This document shows, piece after piece, positions 47,396 through 58,300 of a stretch of 64,000 nucleotides of DNA. Each line of letters begins with the position of its first letter. Position 1 is the first letter of the stretch. Made by a program: the position numbers and the translations under genes. The notes below the pieces were generated by a model. The model worked only from the letters and a program-made list of their open reading frames with translations. It was not told the DNA's origin and did not search any database. The stretch is from Planctomycetota bacterium (GTDB lineage: Bacteria > Planctomycetota > UBA1135 > UBA2386), in the NCBI GenBank assembly GCA_002684655.1, contig NYVR01000076.1, forward strand, positions 104 to 64,103. Direction: 5' to 3'.

Positions 47396-49057
47396 ATGAT
47401 CAGTCTCCTGCCCGTGTTGACCTGCGCGGGATTGTCGGGTGCTCCCGCGGACCTCGCGGCCGCACACCGCCCGCCCGCGGCTTTCCACCAGATCGCCTTC
47501 GTCTCGGACCCGCTCTCGCACGGGACGGTCGGAGACGGCCTGCTTTCGTTGAACGAGGCGATCCGGCTGCATAACGGGACCCTGGACGTAGCGCTCCTGT
47601 CGCTCGCTGAACAGAACCAGGTCAGCCTGTTGCCGGGCTCGGTCACGACCGACGTCACGTGGATCGAGATCGACTCGGAAGCGATCCCGACGATCACGCT
47701 CCAGCAGGACCTCGAGTCGATCGTGAACACGCCGTTCGGTCTGTTCATCCGCGGATCGGGCAGCCGCGTAAACCTGGACCTCAGCGCGCCGGGCGTGACC
47801 CGTGGCATCCACTCGACCAGCAGCAGCCTGATCGTCCAAGGGCTCGGTTTCGTCGGCGGCGTCGCGGGCCTTGAGGTCGTCCAAGCGGACGCGACCGGCC
47901 AGCCTGGATGTACGGTGATCCGCTGCAAGTTTGAGAACCTCTCGCAGTTCGGCGTGCGCGTCGAAGGCACCCTGCCCGGTGGAGTCGGCAGGCTGATCGT
48001 CGAGGACAGCACCTTCGTCAACGTCTCGGACGCGCTCGTGTTCGACGAGAGCCCCGCGGGGCGCACCACGATCTTCGAAGCGCGGGACGTGCGCATGGAG
48101 GGGGTCGTCGACGGCTTTGACTTTGACTGTGGCGGCGGCGGCACGGCGCGGTTCACCATGGATCGCTGCGTCGTGGAGGCCTCGGCGACGGGCTTGGACG
48201 TCGCCGCGCCGGCGGTCAACGGACGCTCGATGTTGGTCGAGGGCACGCACCTCCGCGTGCGCGCGCCGCTTTGCGCCAGGATCGACGGCGCCGCAGACAC
48301 GGTCCTGTGGGCGAACGGGTCGATGTGGAGCTTGCTCGCGCCGGCGGGAGGTACAGCGCTGCAGCTCGGCGGCGTCGGGCAACAGGTCTACGGTGATCTG
48401 CGCGAGCTTCGCTGCGAGGGTGACGTCGCGATCGCCGCCGGCGGGGCGCCGTTGCCGCTGCAGATCCGCAACATGCGCGCCCGCGACGGCGCCGTCGCGC
48501 TGTCGACGCAGCCTGGGCAGTCCTTGACGGTGAGCGAGTCACGCTTCATCGACTGCGACGTCGACAGCGTCGGCACAGGTGCGGTCGGCTTGAACAACTC
48601 GAGCTTCGAGGGCGGCTCGGTCGGGGCGTCGACGCCCGCCGGTCTGCTTCAGGCTGACGGCTGCTTCTTGCCGACGCCGGGGCCCGGCGTCGTCGTGACG
48701 TCGGCGTTGGCGCAGGCGCACCTCGGCTCGCTGGACCCGCTGCAGGACGACGTTTCTTTGGGCGGTACGCTGCAGCTTCAGCTGGACTTGCCAGCGGGCC
48801 TCGTCGGAGCCGTCGCGCTGGGCGCGGTCCCGCAGTTCCTGCCGCTGGCGCCCGCGCCGTTCTACCTCTACGTCGATCCTGCCGGGGTTTTCTTCCTGCC
48901 TGGTCTTTATAGCGGCCAGCAGGTCGCCTCGTGGCAGGCACCCATCCAGCCGCTCCTCTACGGCGCGCAGCTGGTCGTTCAGGCCGTGGTGCTGCCGATC
49001 GGGATCCAGGCGCCGCCCATTCAATTCCCGCCTGGTTGGCGCTTGGAGCTTCGCTGA
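47396..49057 (+). CDS. Secreted right-handed beta-helix repeat protein ending in the recurrent module
   Basis: Repetitive ~25-aa beta-helix-like segments are present. The N-terminal signal or lipobox reads LLPVLTCAG. Confidence 0.5.
   Translation: MISLLPVLTCAGLSGAPADLAAAHRPPAAFHQIAFVSDPLSHGTVGDGLLSLNEAIRLHNGTLDVALLSLAEQNQVSLLPGSVTTDVTWIEIDSEAIPTITLQQDLESIVNTPFGLFIRGSGSRVNLDLSAPGVTRGIHSTSSSLIVQGLGFVGGVAGLEVVQADATGQPGCTVIRCKFENLSQFGVRVEGTLPGGVGRLIVEDSTFVNVSDALVFDESPAGRTTIFEARDVRMEGVVDGFDFDCGGGGTARFTMDRCVVEASATGLDVAAPAVNGRSMLVEGTHLRVRAPLCARIDGAADTVLWANGSMWSLLAPAGGTALQLGGVGQQVYGDLRELRCEGDVAIAAGGAPLPLQIRNMRARDGAVALSTQPGQSLTVSESRFIDCDVDSVGTGAVGLNNSSFEGGSVGASTPAGLLQADGCFLPTPGPGVVVTSALAQAHLGSLDPLQDDVSLGGTLQLQLDLPAGLVGAVALGAVPQFLPLAPAPFYLYVDPAGVFFLPGLYSGQQVASWQAPIQPLLYGAQLVVQAVVLPIGIQAPPIQFPPGWRLELR
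48656..49054 (+). other. Recurrent secreted-protein module, copy 2 (C-terminal, most divergent)
   Basis: DGCFLPTPGPG...GGTLQLQLDLPAGLVGAVALGAV...PFYLYVDPAGVFFLP...YGAQLVVQAVVL...WRLEL. Confidence 0.4.
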
Positions 49058-49130
49058 TTGACGACGCGCCGTAAGGGCCGCCGCGAACACGCTCGCCGTG
49101 TGTTCGGACGCGGTGCGCTACGATGAACTA

Positions 49131-49139
49131 CCCCCCCCC
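49131..49139 (+). repeat. C9 homopolymer tract 46 bp upstream of the signal-peptide start codon of the next gene
   Basis: Read directly from the sequence: a-ccccccccc-g at 49130-49140. Confidence 0.9.
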
Positions 49140-49184
49140 GAATCTTTCGACTTGCTGCGTCGCGCAGACCGCGTGACGGCACCC

Positions 49185-51077
49185 ATGCACATGATGAGAA
49201 CACTGCTCGCGTCCGGTCTCCTCGCCGCGTCGCTCTGCGCCCAGGGTGTCAACTGCACCTTGCTCGGCACGTTCAACAACCACGGACCGTTCAACGACAT
49301 CTGGGGCTACGCGGCGCCCAACGGCGACGAGTATGCGCTGCTGCTGACGACCACAGGCACGGTCGTCGTCGACATCACCAACCCGGGCAACCCGATCGAG
49401 CGCGGGTGGTTCCCGTATGGCGCGTCGACGTGGCGCGACTGCCGCACCTACGGCTCTTACGCCTACGTCGTGACCGACGACGACCCAGGCGTCCAGATCA
49501 TCGACCTGAGCAACCCCAACAGCCCAGTGGACCTGGGCCTGTTCGGCACCTCGGTGACCAACAACGCCCATAACATCTGCATCGACACCGGCACCGGCCG
49601 ATTGTACCTCGCCGGGACCAACGTCGGCACGCCCGTGTGGGACCTCACCAGCAACCCGACCAACCCCACCTTTGTCGGCAGCGCGGGGCCAAGCGGGAGC
49701 AGCAACTACTACCACGACATCTGCGTCGAGAACGGCTACTTCTACGGCTCGATGATCTACAACGGCGAGCTCCGCATATCGGATGTGTCGACGTTCCCGC
49801 CGACGGTCCTCAGCAACACGTCGACGCCGAGCAACTTCACGCACCACGCCTGGCCGAACGCCGCCGGCACGCTCTGCGTGACGGCGGACGAGGTGACCGG
49901 CGGCAGGCTGCGGGTGTTCGACATCACCGACAAGTCGAACCCGATCGGGCTCGACAGCTACACGCCCAACCCGAACTCGATCCCGCACAACTGCTTCATC
50001 CTCGGCGACCGCGCCCACGTGAGCTGGTACACCGAGGGGTACCGCCTGATCGACCTCAGCGACCCGACCAACCTCGTCGAGGTCGCGTCTTACGACACGT
50101 GGCCGGGTTCTTCTGGGGGCGGCAATGGCTGTTGGGGCGTCTATCCGTTTTTGCCTTCGGGCAACGTCATCCTCTCGGATCGCTCGACGGGCCTCTACAT
50201 CGTGCGCCCCAGCGAGGCGTCGTTCGACAACTTCGGCCAAGGCTGCCCCGGCTCGGTGACCATCCCTTGCCCACAGCTCAACCCCAACGGCGGCACGCTC
50301 GAGGGCGACACCCGCGACAACGAATACTGCTACGAGGCGTTCACCGCCGACCCGATCAGCGTTTCTTCGGTGGAGTTCTTCACGCAGACCACGGGCGGCA
50401 CGCTGACGCGTCCGGTCCAAATCTACCCCGACGCGAACGGCGGCCCCGCCAGCACGCCGATCGCGACGACCTCTGTCGTCATTGGTCCGACCGCGCAGTT
50501 CTACACAGCGACCTTTAGCAGCCCAGTGCCTGTGTCGGGCACCTTCTACGTGGGCTTGGACAGCAGCTCGAACAACGTCGTGCTGTGTTCGCTGACCAAT
50601 GGGACGTCGGGGGACGGCTACTGGCGAGACATCCCGAACGGGGCGGCGAGCTGGATCCTCTCGGGCCTGATCAACAACCCGTCCTTCCGGGTCAACTGCG
50701 CTCCGGGCTCGAGCCTGGTCCCGGTCTTAGGCAACAACGGCCTCCCGAACCTGGGTTCGAACTACACGGTCACCCTGGAAGACGCGGTCCCGCAGGCGTT
50801 CAGCGTGTTCGTCTCGGGGCTCTCAGATTCCTCGTTCAACGGGCTGCCGCTGCCGTTCGGGATCCCTGGCGCGCCCGGCTGTGATCTGTTGGTCGCTCCA
50901 GACGTCACGCAGCTGTTCACGACCAACGCCAACGGCGAGGCGAGCGCGCCGTTCTCGGTCCCGCCGTCTACCGCAAACATCGGCCTCTTCGTCTATCACC
51001 AGTGGGTGGTATCCGACCCGATCAACGCGGTCGGGCTGGTCGTCTCGGAAGCGGGCCGGGCGACGATCGACTTCTGA
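49185..51077 (+). CDS. Secreted LVIVD-repeat / choice-of-anchor-B-like beta-propeller protein with a jelly-roll-like domain and the recurrent module
   Basis: It has a signal peptide (MHMMRTLLASGLLAASLCAQG). LVIVD-type repeats are present (YAYVVTDDDPGVQIIDLSNP, LYLAGTNVGTPVWDLT, ...). Confidence 0.55.
   Translation: MHMMRTLLASGLLAASLCAQGVNCTLLGTFNNHGPFNDIWGYAAPNGDEYALLLTTTGTVVVDITNPGNPIERGWFPYGASTWRDCRTYGSYAYVVTDDDPGVQIIDLSNPNSPVDLGLFGTSVTNNAHNICIDTGTGRLYLAGTNVGTPVWDLTSNPTNPTFVGSAGPSGSSNYYHDICVENGYFYGSMIYNGELRISDVSTFPPTVLSNTSTPSNFTHHAWPNAAGTLCVTADEVTGGRLRVFDITDKSNPIGLDSYTPNPNSIPHNCFILGDRAHVSWYTEGYRLIDLSDPTNLVEVASYDTWPGSSGGGNGCWGVYPFLPSGNVILSDRSTGLYIVRPSEASFDNFGQGCPGSVTIPCPQLNPNGGTLEGDTRDNEYCYEAFTADPISVSSVEFFTQTTGGTLTRPVQIYPDANGGPASTPIATTSVVIGPTAQFYTATFSSPVPVSGTFYVGLDSSSNNVVLCSLTNGTSGDGYWRDIPNGAASWILSGLINNPSFRVNCAPGSSLVPVLGNNGLPNLGSNYTVTLEDAVPQAFSVFVSGLSDSSFNGLPLPFGIPGAPGCDLLVAPDVTQLFTTNANGEASAPFSVPPSTANIGLFVYHQWVVSDPINAVGLVVSEAGRATIDF
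50691..51074 (+). other. Recurrent secreted-protein module, copy 3 (C-terminal)
   Basis: VNCAPGSSLVPVLGNNGLPNLGSNYTVTLEDAVPQAFSVFVSG...LPLPFGIPGAPGCDLLVAPD...GLFVYHQWVVSDP...RATIDF. Confidence 0.55.
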
Positions 51078-51129
51078 GGAGCAGCGGCAGCGCCGGACCG
51101 TCGACGCCTGCGTCGACGCATGCGCGGCG

Positions 51130-51732
51130 CTAAACGACGAACGGCCGCTTGTCCGCCTTGTCGTCGCTCTGCCGGATCTGCAGCTTGCTGACCTTGCCGG
51201 TGTCGGGGTCGAAGACGTTCACCGCGTCGAGGTCTCTGCCGTAGACGTGCAGGGAGATCGCCTGCTTGTCGCTGGTGTTGCCGATCCGGTGGATCTCCTC
51301 GTGCGGGGGCAACAGGTAGGAGACGCCGCCCTGCACGACGTCCATGCTGCGTCCCTTCGTCAGGTCGCAGAAGTCGGGGCGCGAGCCGTCGTCGAGCCGT
51401 TGGTATGCGTGCTCTTCGAGCGCGTTCTCGACCATCCCCATGATGCCCCAGCATGAGTGGTCGTGGATCGGGGTCTCTTGTCCGGGTTGCCAAACCAGCG
51501 CGAGCACCAGGAAGCGACCGAGCGGATCCCGGTGCAGCATGTGCCGCGTGTAGCGGTCGGGGTCGCCGACGCGATGGTCGTCTTGCAGCCAGCTGCCTTC
51601 GGCGCACAGCTCCTTGGTGGCCCGCGACAGCTTGCGGATGATCACCTTGTCGGGCGCGCGCTGCTCCAGGAGCTGTTCGATCTTGTGAACGTAGCCCCGG
51701 AAGCGGTCGTCGGATGGGGAAGCTGTGGACAT
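51130..51732 (-). CDS. Cysteine-dioxygenase-type cupin family protein
   Basis: The cupin motif is PIHDHSCWGIMGMVENALEE...IHRIGN. The start was trimmed to the ATG at 51732; the upstream part of the 347-aa tracked ORF is not protein-like. Confidence 0.55.
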   Translation of the reverse strand: MSTASPSDDRFRGYVHKIEQLLEQRAPDKVIIRKLSRATKELCAEGSWLQDDHRVGDPDRYTRHMLHRDPLGRFLVLALVWQPGQETPIHDHSCWGIMGMVENALEEHAYQRLDDGSRPDFCDLTKGRSMDVVQGGVSYLLPPHEEIHRIGNTSDKQAISLHVYGRDLDAVNVFDPDTGKVSKLQIRQSDDKADKRPFVV

Positions 51733-51828
51733 CTCGTGCAGGCTCGGGAAGATGACGCTCGGCCGTCCGTCAAAGCCGGTGGAACATTCTATCCGCTCGG
51801 CGCCACGAGGCCAATCCGGTGCTCCGTC

Positions 51829-53247
51829 ATGTATTTCGTGCGACCCATCCATACGACCCTCCCGCTGCTTGGCCTCTTCCTGCTGGCAGGTTGCTCCACC
51901 GGCTCGGTCCTCGAGCAGAGCCAAGCGGCCGAGCGCAGGGGCGACTGGCAGCGCGCCTTCTCCGTGATCAACGAGGAGTATCAGGCGCAGTCCGAGCAGG
52001 GCGCCGTCGACGAGACGCTGGCCCAGCGGCACGAGCGCCTCAAGCGCGAGGCGCTGCGTGACCGCGCCCAGACGCTCATCTTCCGCGAGCGGGAAGACGA
52101 GGCGATGGCGCTGCTGGACGAGCTCGCGTCGTTGGACCCGGACTTCCGCGACCTCGAGAAGCTGCGGCTCCACGCCAAACGCAAGCAGGCCAAAGCGCTG
52201 GCGGACGCCGGCGACAGGCTGCTCTCCGAGCAGGAGTTCCAGCTCGCGATGGAAAAATATCTAGAGAGTCAGCGGGTCGACGCGACCCTAGACTTCGCCG
52301 CGACGGGGATCGAGCGCGTCAAAGAGGAGTTGGCGCGGATGGACGCGGTCGCGCAGCGGCAGTTCTTGCAGGCGGTGCGCAAGTATCCAGAGTTCCGCCA
52401 CGTCGAGGTGGCGTGGCACGCCGACGCAGTGATCCGTAACTCTCCGGATCTCGAAGACGAGCGGCGCGCGAACGCGCTGCGGCTGCGTGACCAAGCTCGC
52501 GTCGAGCGGGCCCGCGCGACCTTCGCGGAGGCCAAGGCGTCCGCTGACGAAGACAAGTTCGGCGCGGCCCTGGTGCTCTACCGACAAGCGCTGCAGCTAG
52601 ACCCGGAGTTTGAGGAGGCCAAGGTCGGGGTCGACGAGATGAACGAAGAGCTGGCGGCCCTCGGACTGATCGAGTCGGCGCAGCTGATCATGCGCAACGG
52701 CGGCTTCGAGAAGGCGCGAGAGATGCTGAAGCAGGCGTTCGAGATGTCGCAGCTGTCGCGGGGTGCCATCAGCGAGCTGATGATCGAGAACCGGCGCTTG
52801 CAGGCCGGCGCTGAATACCGGGCGGCGCGGGACTTCGAGGTGATGGGCAAGAAGGCAGAGGCCGTCGCAGCCTTCGAGGCGCTGCTCGCGAAGTGGCCGG
52901 ACGGTTTCGAAGACGAAGCCGCGCGCATCGACGCGCTGAAGATCGACATCGCTGGCGCTGCCGCCGAGTGGCAGGCTGCGCTGGACGCCGAAGCCGCTGG
53001 AGACCTGGAAAAAGCCATCGGCCACTATCGAGACGCGCAGCGCTTCTACAAGGCGTGGCGCGACGCGGACGCTGAGATCGCGAGGATCCAGCGCGCGCTC
53101 TCAGGCGAGGGCGAAGAGCCTGCCGAAGGCGAGGAGCCGACGACGGGCGAGGCGCCGGCCGGCGCCGAGGAGCCGACTGGCGGCCAGAAGCCTGCGGGCG
53201 GCCAGGCACCTTCTGGCGGCGATCAGGGCGGTCGAGCGCGCTGCTGA
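51829..53247 (+). CDS. TPR-repeat lipoprotein with an acidic Pro/Gly-rich C-terminal tail
   Basis: It has a lipobox (LGLFLLAGCSTG) and TPR-like helices. The tail contains GEGEEPAEGEEPTTGEAPAGAEEPTGGQKPAGGQAPSGG. Confidence 0.6.
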   Translation: MYFVRPIHTTLPLLGLFLLAGCSTGSVLEQSQAAERRGDWQRAFSVINEEYQAQSEQGAVDETLAQRHERLKREALRDRAQTLIFREREDEAMALLDELASLDPDFRDLEKLRLHAKRKQAKALADAGDRLLSEQEFQLAMEKYLESQRVDATLDFAATGIERVKEELARMDAVAQRQFLQAVRKYPEFRHVEVAWHADAVIRNSPDLEDERRANALRLRDQARVERARATFAEAKASADEDKFGAALVLYRQALQLDPEFEEAKVGVDEMNEELAALGLIESAQLIMRNGGFEKAREMLKQAFEMSQLSRGAISELMIENRRLQAGAEYRAARDFEVMGKKAEAVAAFEALLAKWPDGFEDEAARIDALKIDIAGAAAEWQAALDAEAAGDLEKAIGHYRDAQRFYKAWRDADAEIARIQRALSGEGEEPAEGEEPTTGEAPAGAEEPTGGQKPAGGQAPSGGDQGGRARC

Positions 53248-53283
53248 TCCGGTTCGGCGGATGGATCGTGGCATAATCGCCAC

Positions 53284-55149
53284 GTGCGCGCGCTCTCGTT
53301 AGCAAGCCGGTTCCTGATCACCCTGGTGGTGTCGGCCGTCTTGCCGCTGTTGCTCTACGGGTGGTTCTCGCTGCTCGGCATGCGGGATCAGATCGACGAG
53401 CAGGTGGTGCGCGTGTTCCTGCCGCAGCTCGCCGCAGACTACGCGCAGAAGATCGAGACGAGGCTTGAGCGCACGGACCAAGCCTGCGCGATCGTCCGGG
53501 AGCTGTCGCGTCGCGTGCTGGACACGCCGCTCGATCAGCGCGACGGCGAGCTGGCAGCGTTTGGCGAGCAGGTCGAGTTGATCCCGGACCTGCTCAGCGA
53601 GTTCCTCGACCTGCTGCTGCTGGCGGACTCCGAAGGCGACGTCGTCTTCTGGCAGGACGGTCGGCGCCTCGACCCGAACGCTCACCAGCGACGCGCGGAG
53701 TTGATCCCAGAAAGCGTCGCGGAGGAGTCGTGGTTCCGCGAAGCGCAGCGAGAGCGCGGCGTACACTATTTGCCGTGGGGTCGGTCTCCGTATCTGCACC
53801 GGGGAATGGATTACCGCTCGATGGACCCCGGCAGCCATCACTTGGGCGTCGCGATGGACGTGCCCATGGGCGACGGACACTCTGGCGTGCTGTTCGCGCT
53901 GATCCGCTGGTCCGAGGTGCAGGCCGTGATCGACGAGGCGCGGGCGGTGCTCATCGAAGAAGCCGGACTGGCCTCGGCGCAGGTCTTCGTCGTCGGCCGC
54001 GACGGCGTCGTCCAAGCGCACACGGACCGGGCGCGCTACGGGTTGATGCTTAAGCCCGCCGAGCTCGGCCAGCGGCTCGCGGACGCGGAGGCCTTCGGCC
54101 GCTGCGAGTCCGTCCGCGACGACGGCGTCGCTTTGCGCGTCGGGTTCGCGCCTGGCGGCGGCGACAGCGCTCGCGCGTTCGTGATGGGAGTGGCGGTCCC
54201 GGAGGACGAACTGTTCGCAGCCAGCGATGACTTCGAGCGGGTGCTATTGCTCGCGATCATCGTATCGATCATCGTGCTGGTGGCGTGGTCGCTGGCGGCT
54301 TCGCGCGCGATCACGGCGCCGGTCAAGTCGTTGGTGCAGGCGACGCGCAAGATCGCCGGCGGCGACCTACAGGTCGCGGTGCCCGAGCGCGGCGGCCCAG
54401 AGCTGGGCGAACTCGCGGCGGCCTTCAACTTGATGGCTCACGAACTCGCTGTCGGTCGTGATCGGCTCGCGCACGCCGAGCGTGACCAAGCCTGGGCCGA
54501 GATGGCGCGGCAGGGCGCGCACGAGGTCAAGAACCCGCTGCAGCCGATGCGGATGACTGCGCAGCTCTTGCAGCGCGCGCGCGCCGAGGAGGACCCCCGC
54601 GCAGAGCAGGTGGCGGAGCGCCTCGCGCGAACGGTCATCGAGCAAACCGAAGCGCTCGATCGCATCGCGAGCGACTTCCGCTCGTTCGCAGGGGTCGCGC
54701 CCGCCCAGCGCTCCGACGTGACGGTAGACGCGTGGCTGCAAGCGCTGCGCGACCAGACCGCCCGCCTCTTCGCGGACAAGCAGTTGACGTTGACCTTCGC
54801 AGGCGCCGCTGGCGACGCCGTGGTGTCGATCGAGCAGGAGTCGATGGCGCGGGTGTTTGTCAACCTCGTCCAGAACGCGATCGAGGCTGCGACGGAGCCC
54901 GTGATTGTCGAACTGGGTTCGCGTCGAGAGGGCGACCACGTCGTGATCGATGTCGTGGACAACGGCCCAGGCGTGCCCGCGGAGGTCCGCGAGAAGCTCT
55001 TCGATCCATACTTTACGACCAAGACGTCGGGCACGGGGCTGGGCCTCGCGATCTGCCGCCGCCTCTTAGACGTGCAGGGCGGCAAGATCCGCCTGGAGTC
55101 AACCCGCCCTGGGGAGACGCGGTTCGTCATCGAGCTCCCGATCGCCTGA
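53284..55149 (+). CDS. Sensor histidine kinase (periplasmic sensor domain, HAMP, HisKA, HATPase)
   Basis: The HAMP region is ITAPVKSLVQATRKIAGGDLQV. The H-box is GAHEVKNPLQPM. G1 is VVDNGPGVP and G2 is GTGLGLAICRR. Confidence 0.8.
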   Translation: MRALSLASRFLITLVVSAVLPLLLYGWFSLLGMRDQIDEQVVRVFLPQLAADYAQKIETRLERTDQACAIVRELSRRVLDTPLDQRDGELAAFGEQVELIPDLLSEFLDLLLLADSEGDVVFWQDGRRLDPNAHQRRAELIPESVAEESWFREAQRERGVHYLPWGRSPYLHRGMDYRSMDPGSHHLGVAMDVPMGDGHSGVLFALIRWSEVQAVIDEARAVLIEEAGLASAQVFVVGRDGVVQAHTDRARYGLMLKPAELGQRLADAEAFGRCESVRDDGVALRVGFAPGGGDSARAFVMGVAVPEDELFAASDDFERVLLLAIIVSIIVLVAWSLAASRAITAPVKSLVQATRKIAGGDLQVAVPERGGPELGELAAAFNLMAHELAVGRDRLAHAERDQAWAEMARQGAHEVKNPLQPMRMTAQLLQRARAEEDPRAEQVAERLARTVIEQTEALDRIASDFRSFAGVAPAQRSDVTVDAWLQALRDQTARLFADKQLTLTFAGAAGDAVVSIEQESMARVFVNLVQNAIEAATEPVIVELGSRREGDHVVIDVVDNGPGVPAEVREKLFDPYFTTKTSGTGLGLAICRRLLDVQGGKIRLESTRPGETRFVIELPIA

Positions 55150-55344
55150 ACCTCTCCCCTTGTGCGGGCGCTTCGATACGTTCTCCGTGCATCGCGGCCG
55201 CAACCGCGCTCTCTTCGCGGGCGAAATGCCTGGACGGGTGGTCACAGATTCGTCGCAAGCGCCCCTGGGGGCGATTGATCGACAGGCGAAGCACACCGCA
55301 GGCCACTGCTCGCTGCCCCCGCTCCTCACACTCCCTGTGCTCTG

Positions 55345-58300
55345 ATGCAGCAACGACCTGCCGTATTTATCGTCCTCACGCTGCTCCTCGCGGTCGCCGC
55401 CGTTTACGGGCTGCTAGGGCTCGGCGGCGCCTCCGCCCCTTCCGCGCCGGCGACCATCACGGACGAGGCCGCGTCCGGTGACGCGCTGCCGTCACGCGGT
55501 GCGCTGCCTGCGTCTACGGGACAGAGCGACGCAGTGACGCTCGAGCGTGCAGCCGCGGGCGGCCTGACCGCTACCACGGGCGTGCGCGGCGTGGTCGTCG
55601 ACGCCAAATCCGGCCAGCCACTGGGCGGGGTCGAGGTGATCGCGGTCAAGGATCAGCCCTCGTTCGCGCCTGTGGTTGACAGGTTCCGTGGTCTCTTCCA
55701 GGACGGCATGTTTGTCGACACTCGCGCGACGCGGCGTGAGCTGGGGAGGACGGTCAGCAATCCGGACGGCAGCTTCGAGATCCTGGGCGTCGCGCCGGGT
55801 CGTTTGTTCCTGGACGGTCGCAGCGACGGCTGGTTTGTGCGCACGCCTGCGTCGGCGCGGATCGCGCGCGGCGAGGTCGTCGAAGGCGTCGAGCTGCGCG
55901 CGTCGCCGGGCGGCCGCTTGCGCGGCATCGTGATCGGCGCCGACGGCGCGCCGTCTCCCGGCGCAAGCGTCAATGTGCGCCCGGGGCTCAACGCGTTTCT
56001 CGGGCAGATCACCGAACGTCAATATCGCTGGCTCGACACGGTCACCGACGACCAGGGTCGCTTCGACATACCGGGCGTGCCTGCCGGCGAAGGCTACACC
56101 GTCTCGGTGACAGCGCCGTCGGTCGCGTTGGAGGAGGTCCACGGCGTCTCCGTGCGCGCGGGCGAGGTCACCGCGCTGACGGTGCAGGCGCATCAAGGCG
56201 CGATTGTTGAGGGGCGCGTATTGGACCCGGACGGCGAGCCTGTCGGAGGCGCTAGCGTCGCGATGGTCTACCTGGACCTGAGCCGCGTGCTGTTCTCTGC
56301 GGACGGCCGCTCTGAGCCGTTGGTCACGGACGCGGACGGCCGCTTCCGGCTGGAGCACGTCGCCGCAGGCCGCGTCGCGATGGTGGCAGCAGCCGACGAC
56401 GTCGCGCCCAGCAACATCGCGGAGTTGGCCGTCGTCGACGGCGGCGTTTACGACGACGTGCTGCTGCAGCTCGGCGTGGGCGAGGCCGTCGCTGGCGTCG
56501 TGGTCGACGACCGCGACCAGCCGGTCGCCGGCGCGGAGGTCGAAGTGCGCCCGTTCGAGCGCCCCAACGACCCGCAGTTCCTCAAGATGATGCTGAAGGT
56601 CAGGCGCGTCGCCACGACGACTGATGCGACCGGTCGCTTCGAGGTGCGTGGGATGACCGGGGAGCGCTTGGTCATTCAGGCCAGTAAGCGCGGCTATACC
56701 ACCGCGGTCGCGTCCGGCGTCGAGCTTGACGACCCTGAGATCGTCGTGCGCGTGCAGCGCGGCGTGACGATTCGCGGGCGCGTCGTCGTGGCCGACGGTG
56801 ACGAACAGAAACCGGTCGCGCGCTTTCGGGTCGACACCCGCAGCCGCGAGGTGCCGAAGAACGAAGACGGCGAGGTCGTCGCGGTCGGAGAGGAGTCCGG
56901 TCGACGGCGTTGGCGCGGCCGCGGCCGTGGCGGGCCGCCTTGGGAGCAGGGCCGGCGTAAGCGAACGCAGCAGATGCCTGAGGGCATGACGATGGCGAAC
57001 CGCACCGGCGACGGCAACTGGCGCGAGGTCAAGTCCGACGCTGGGCGCTTCGAACTCACCGGGATCCCGCCAGGCCGCATCCGGCTGCGCGTGCGCGCTG
57101 ACGGCTTCCTGTCTCCCGACAGCCAGACCATCGACCTGCAGCCGGGCGGCGTCAGCGACGAGCTGTTGTTCGTCTGCGGCGGCGGCGAGTCCGTCGTTGG
57201 GCGGGTCGTCGACACCAGCGGCGCGCCGGTCAGCGACGCGCAGGTCACCGCCTACAAGGAAGACCGAGGCGATGGCCGGCGCAGCGGCCTGCGCGCGATG
57301 TTCAAGGTTGACCCCGAGGACTTCGACTTCCTCGCGCTCTCTACGAGTCAGCGAACGGCGCTCAGCGACTCCAAGGGCCAGTTCACGGTCGCCGCGCTCT
57401 CGCCGGGCGATTATCGCTTCACGGCGCGGCACCCAGACCTCGCCAAGGCGTCCACGAAGGACGTCGCTATCCAGGCCGGCGTCGACACCCCGCCCGTCGA
57501 GATCGTCATCGACGCCGGCGGCGCTGTCGAAGGCACCGTGACCGGGCTCGGGATGCGCCCGCTCACCAACGCGCTGATGGTCGCCTTCAGCCTGCAGGCA
57601 GGATCGATGCGCAGCGGCACCACCGATCAGCGCGGCTACTACAAGATCGACGGCCTCCCGCCGGGTCAGTATGTGGTGTTTAAGTCACGGCTCGACGAGC
57701 GCGCCGACAACATCCCGCTCGACCTGATGAGCAACATGCGCCTCAAGACGGTCACCGTGCGGCGCGGCAAGACCGCGCGGCTTGACGTGCACGATGAGGG
57801 CGAGGACGGGGTGCGCATCTACGGGACTGTCCGCGAGAACGGCGAGCCCGTCCCGCGCGCGTTGATCTCGCTTCTAGGCAGCGATCGTGAGGGGCTGCTC
57901 GGTATGGGCATCCGCGCCAACGCTGCGGACATGAACGGGCGCTACGAATTGATCGGGATCAAGCCCGGCGATTACGTCATGCAGGTGACGCGCTTCCAAG
58001 GCCAGCCGGTGCAGACGACGTTCGAGATCGAGGTCCCCGAGGACGTGCGCGACTACCCGTTTGAGGTCCAGCTGCCTACGAGCACCCTCCGAGGCGTCGT
58101 CCTTGACAGCAGAGGCGAGCCGGTCGAGGGCATCCGCGTGACGTTAGGCAGCGAGGACAGCGGGTTGTCGGACCAGGGCGGACTCGTCGGGATGATCGCG
58201 CAGAACGGCTTGAGCCAAGCGCGCACGGACGAGCGGGGTGCGTTCGAGATGAAGTCGATCTCTGCAGGCACCTACCGTCTCACCGCCGGCGCGAAGGGCC

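Noticed and set aside
51098-51117. A perfect hairpin CGTCGACG-cctg-CGTCGACG between the convergent genes 49185-51077 and 51130-51732.
   Set aside because: No T-tract follows on either strand, so it is not called as an intrinsic terminator. It may still act as a stabilising stem or a weak bidirectional terminator.
47278-57432. Very long antisense or alternative-frame ORFs, for example 47278-48300(-), 47369-48382(-), 49128-50420(-) and 55492-57432(-). The same applies to 1313-2605(+), 13285-14757(+) and 10974-11795(-).
   Set aside because: These are typical shadow ORFs of high-GC DNA. Their translations are Arg/Ala/Pro/Gly-rich and low in complexity. They lack family motifs and lie opposite frames that have clear domain signatures.
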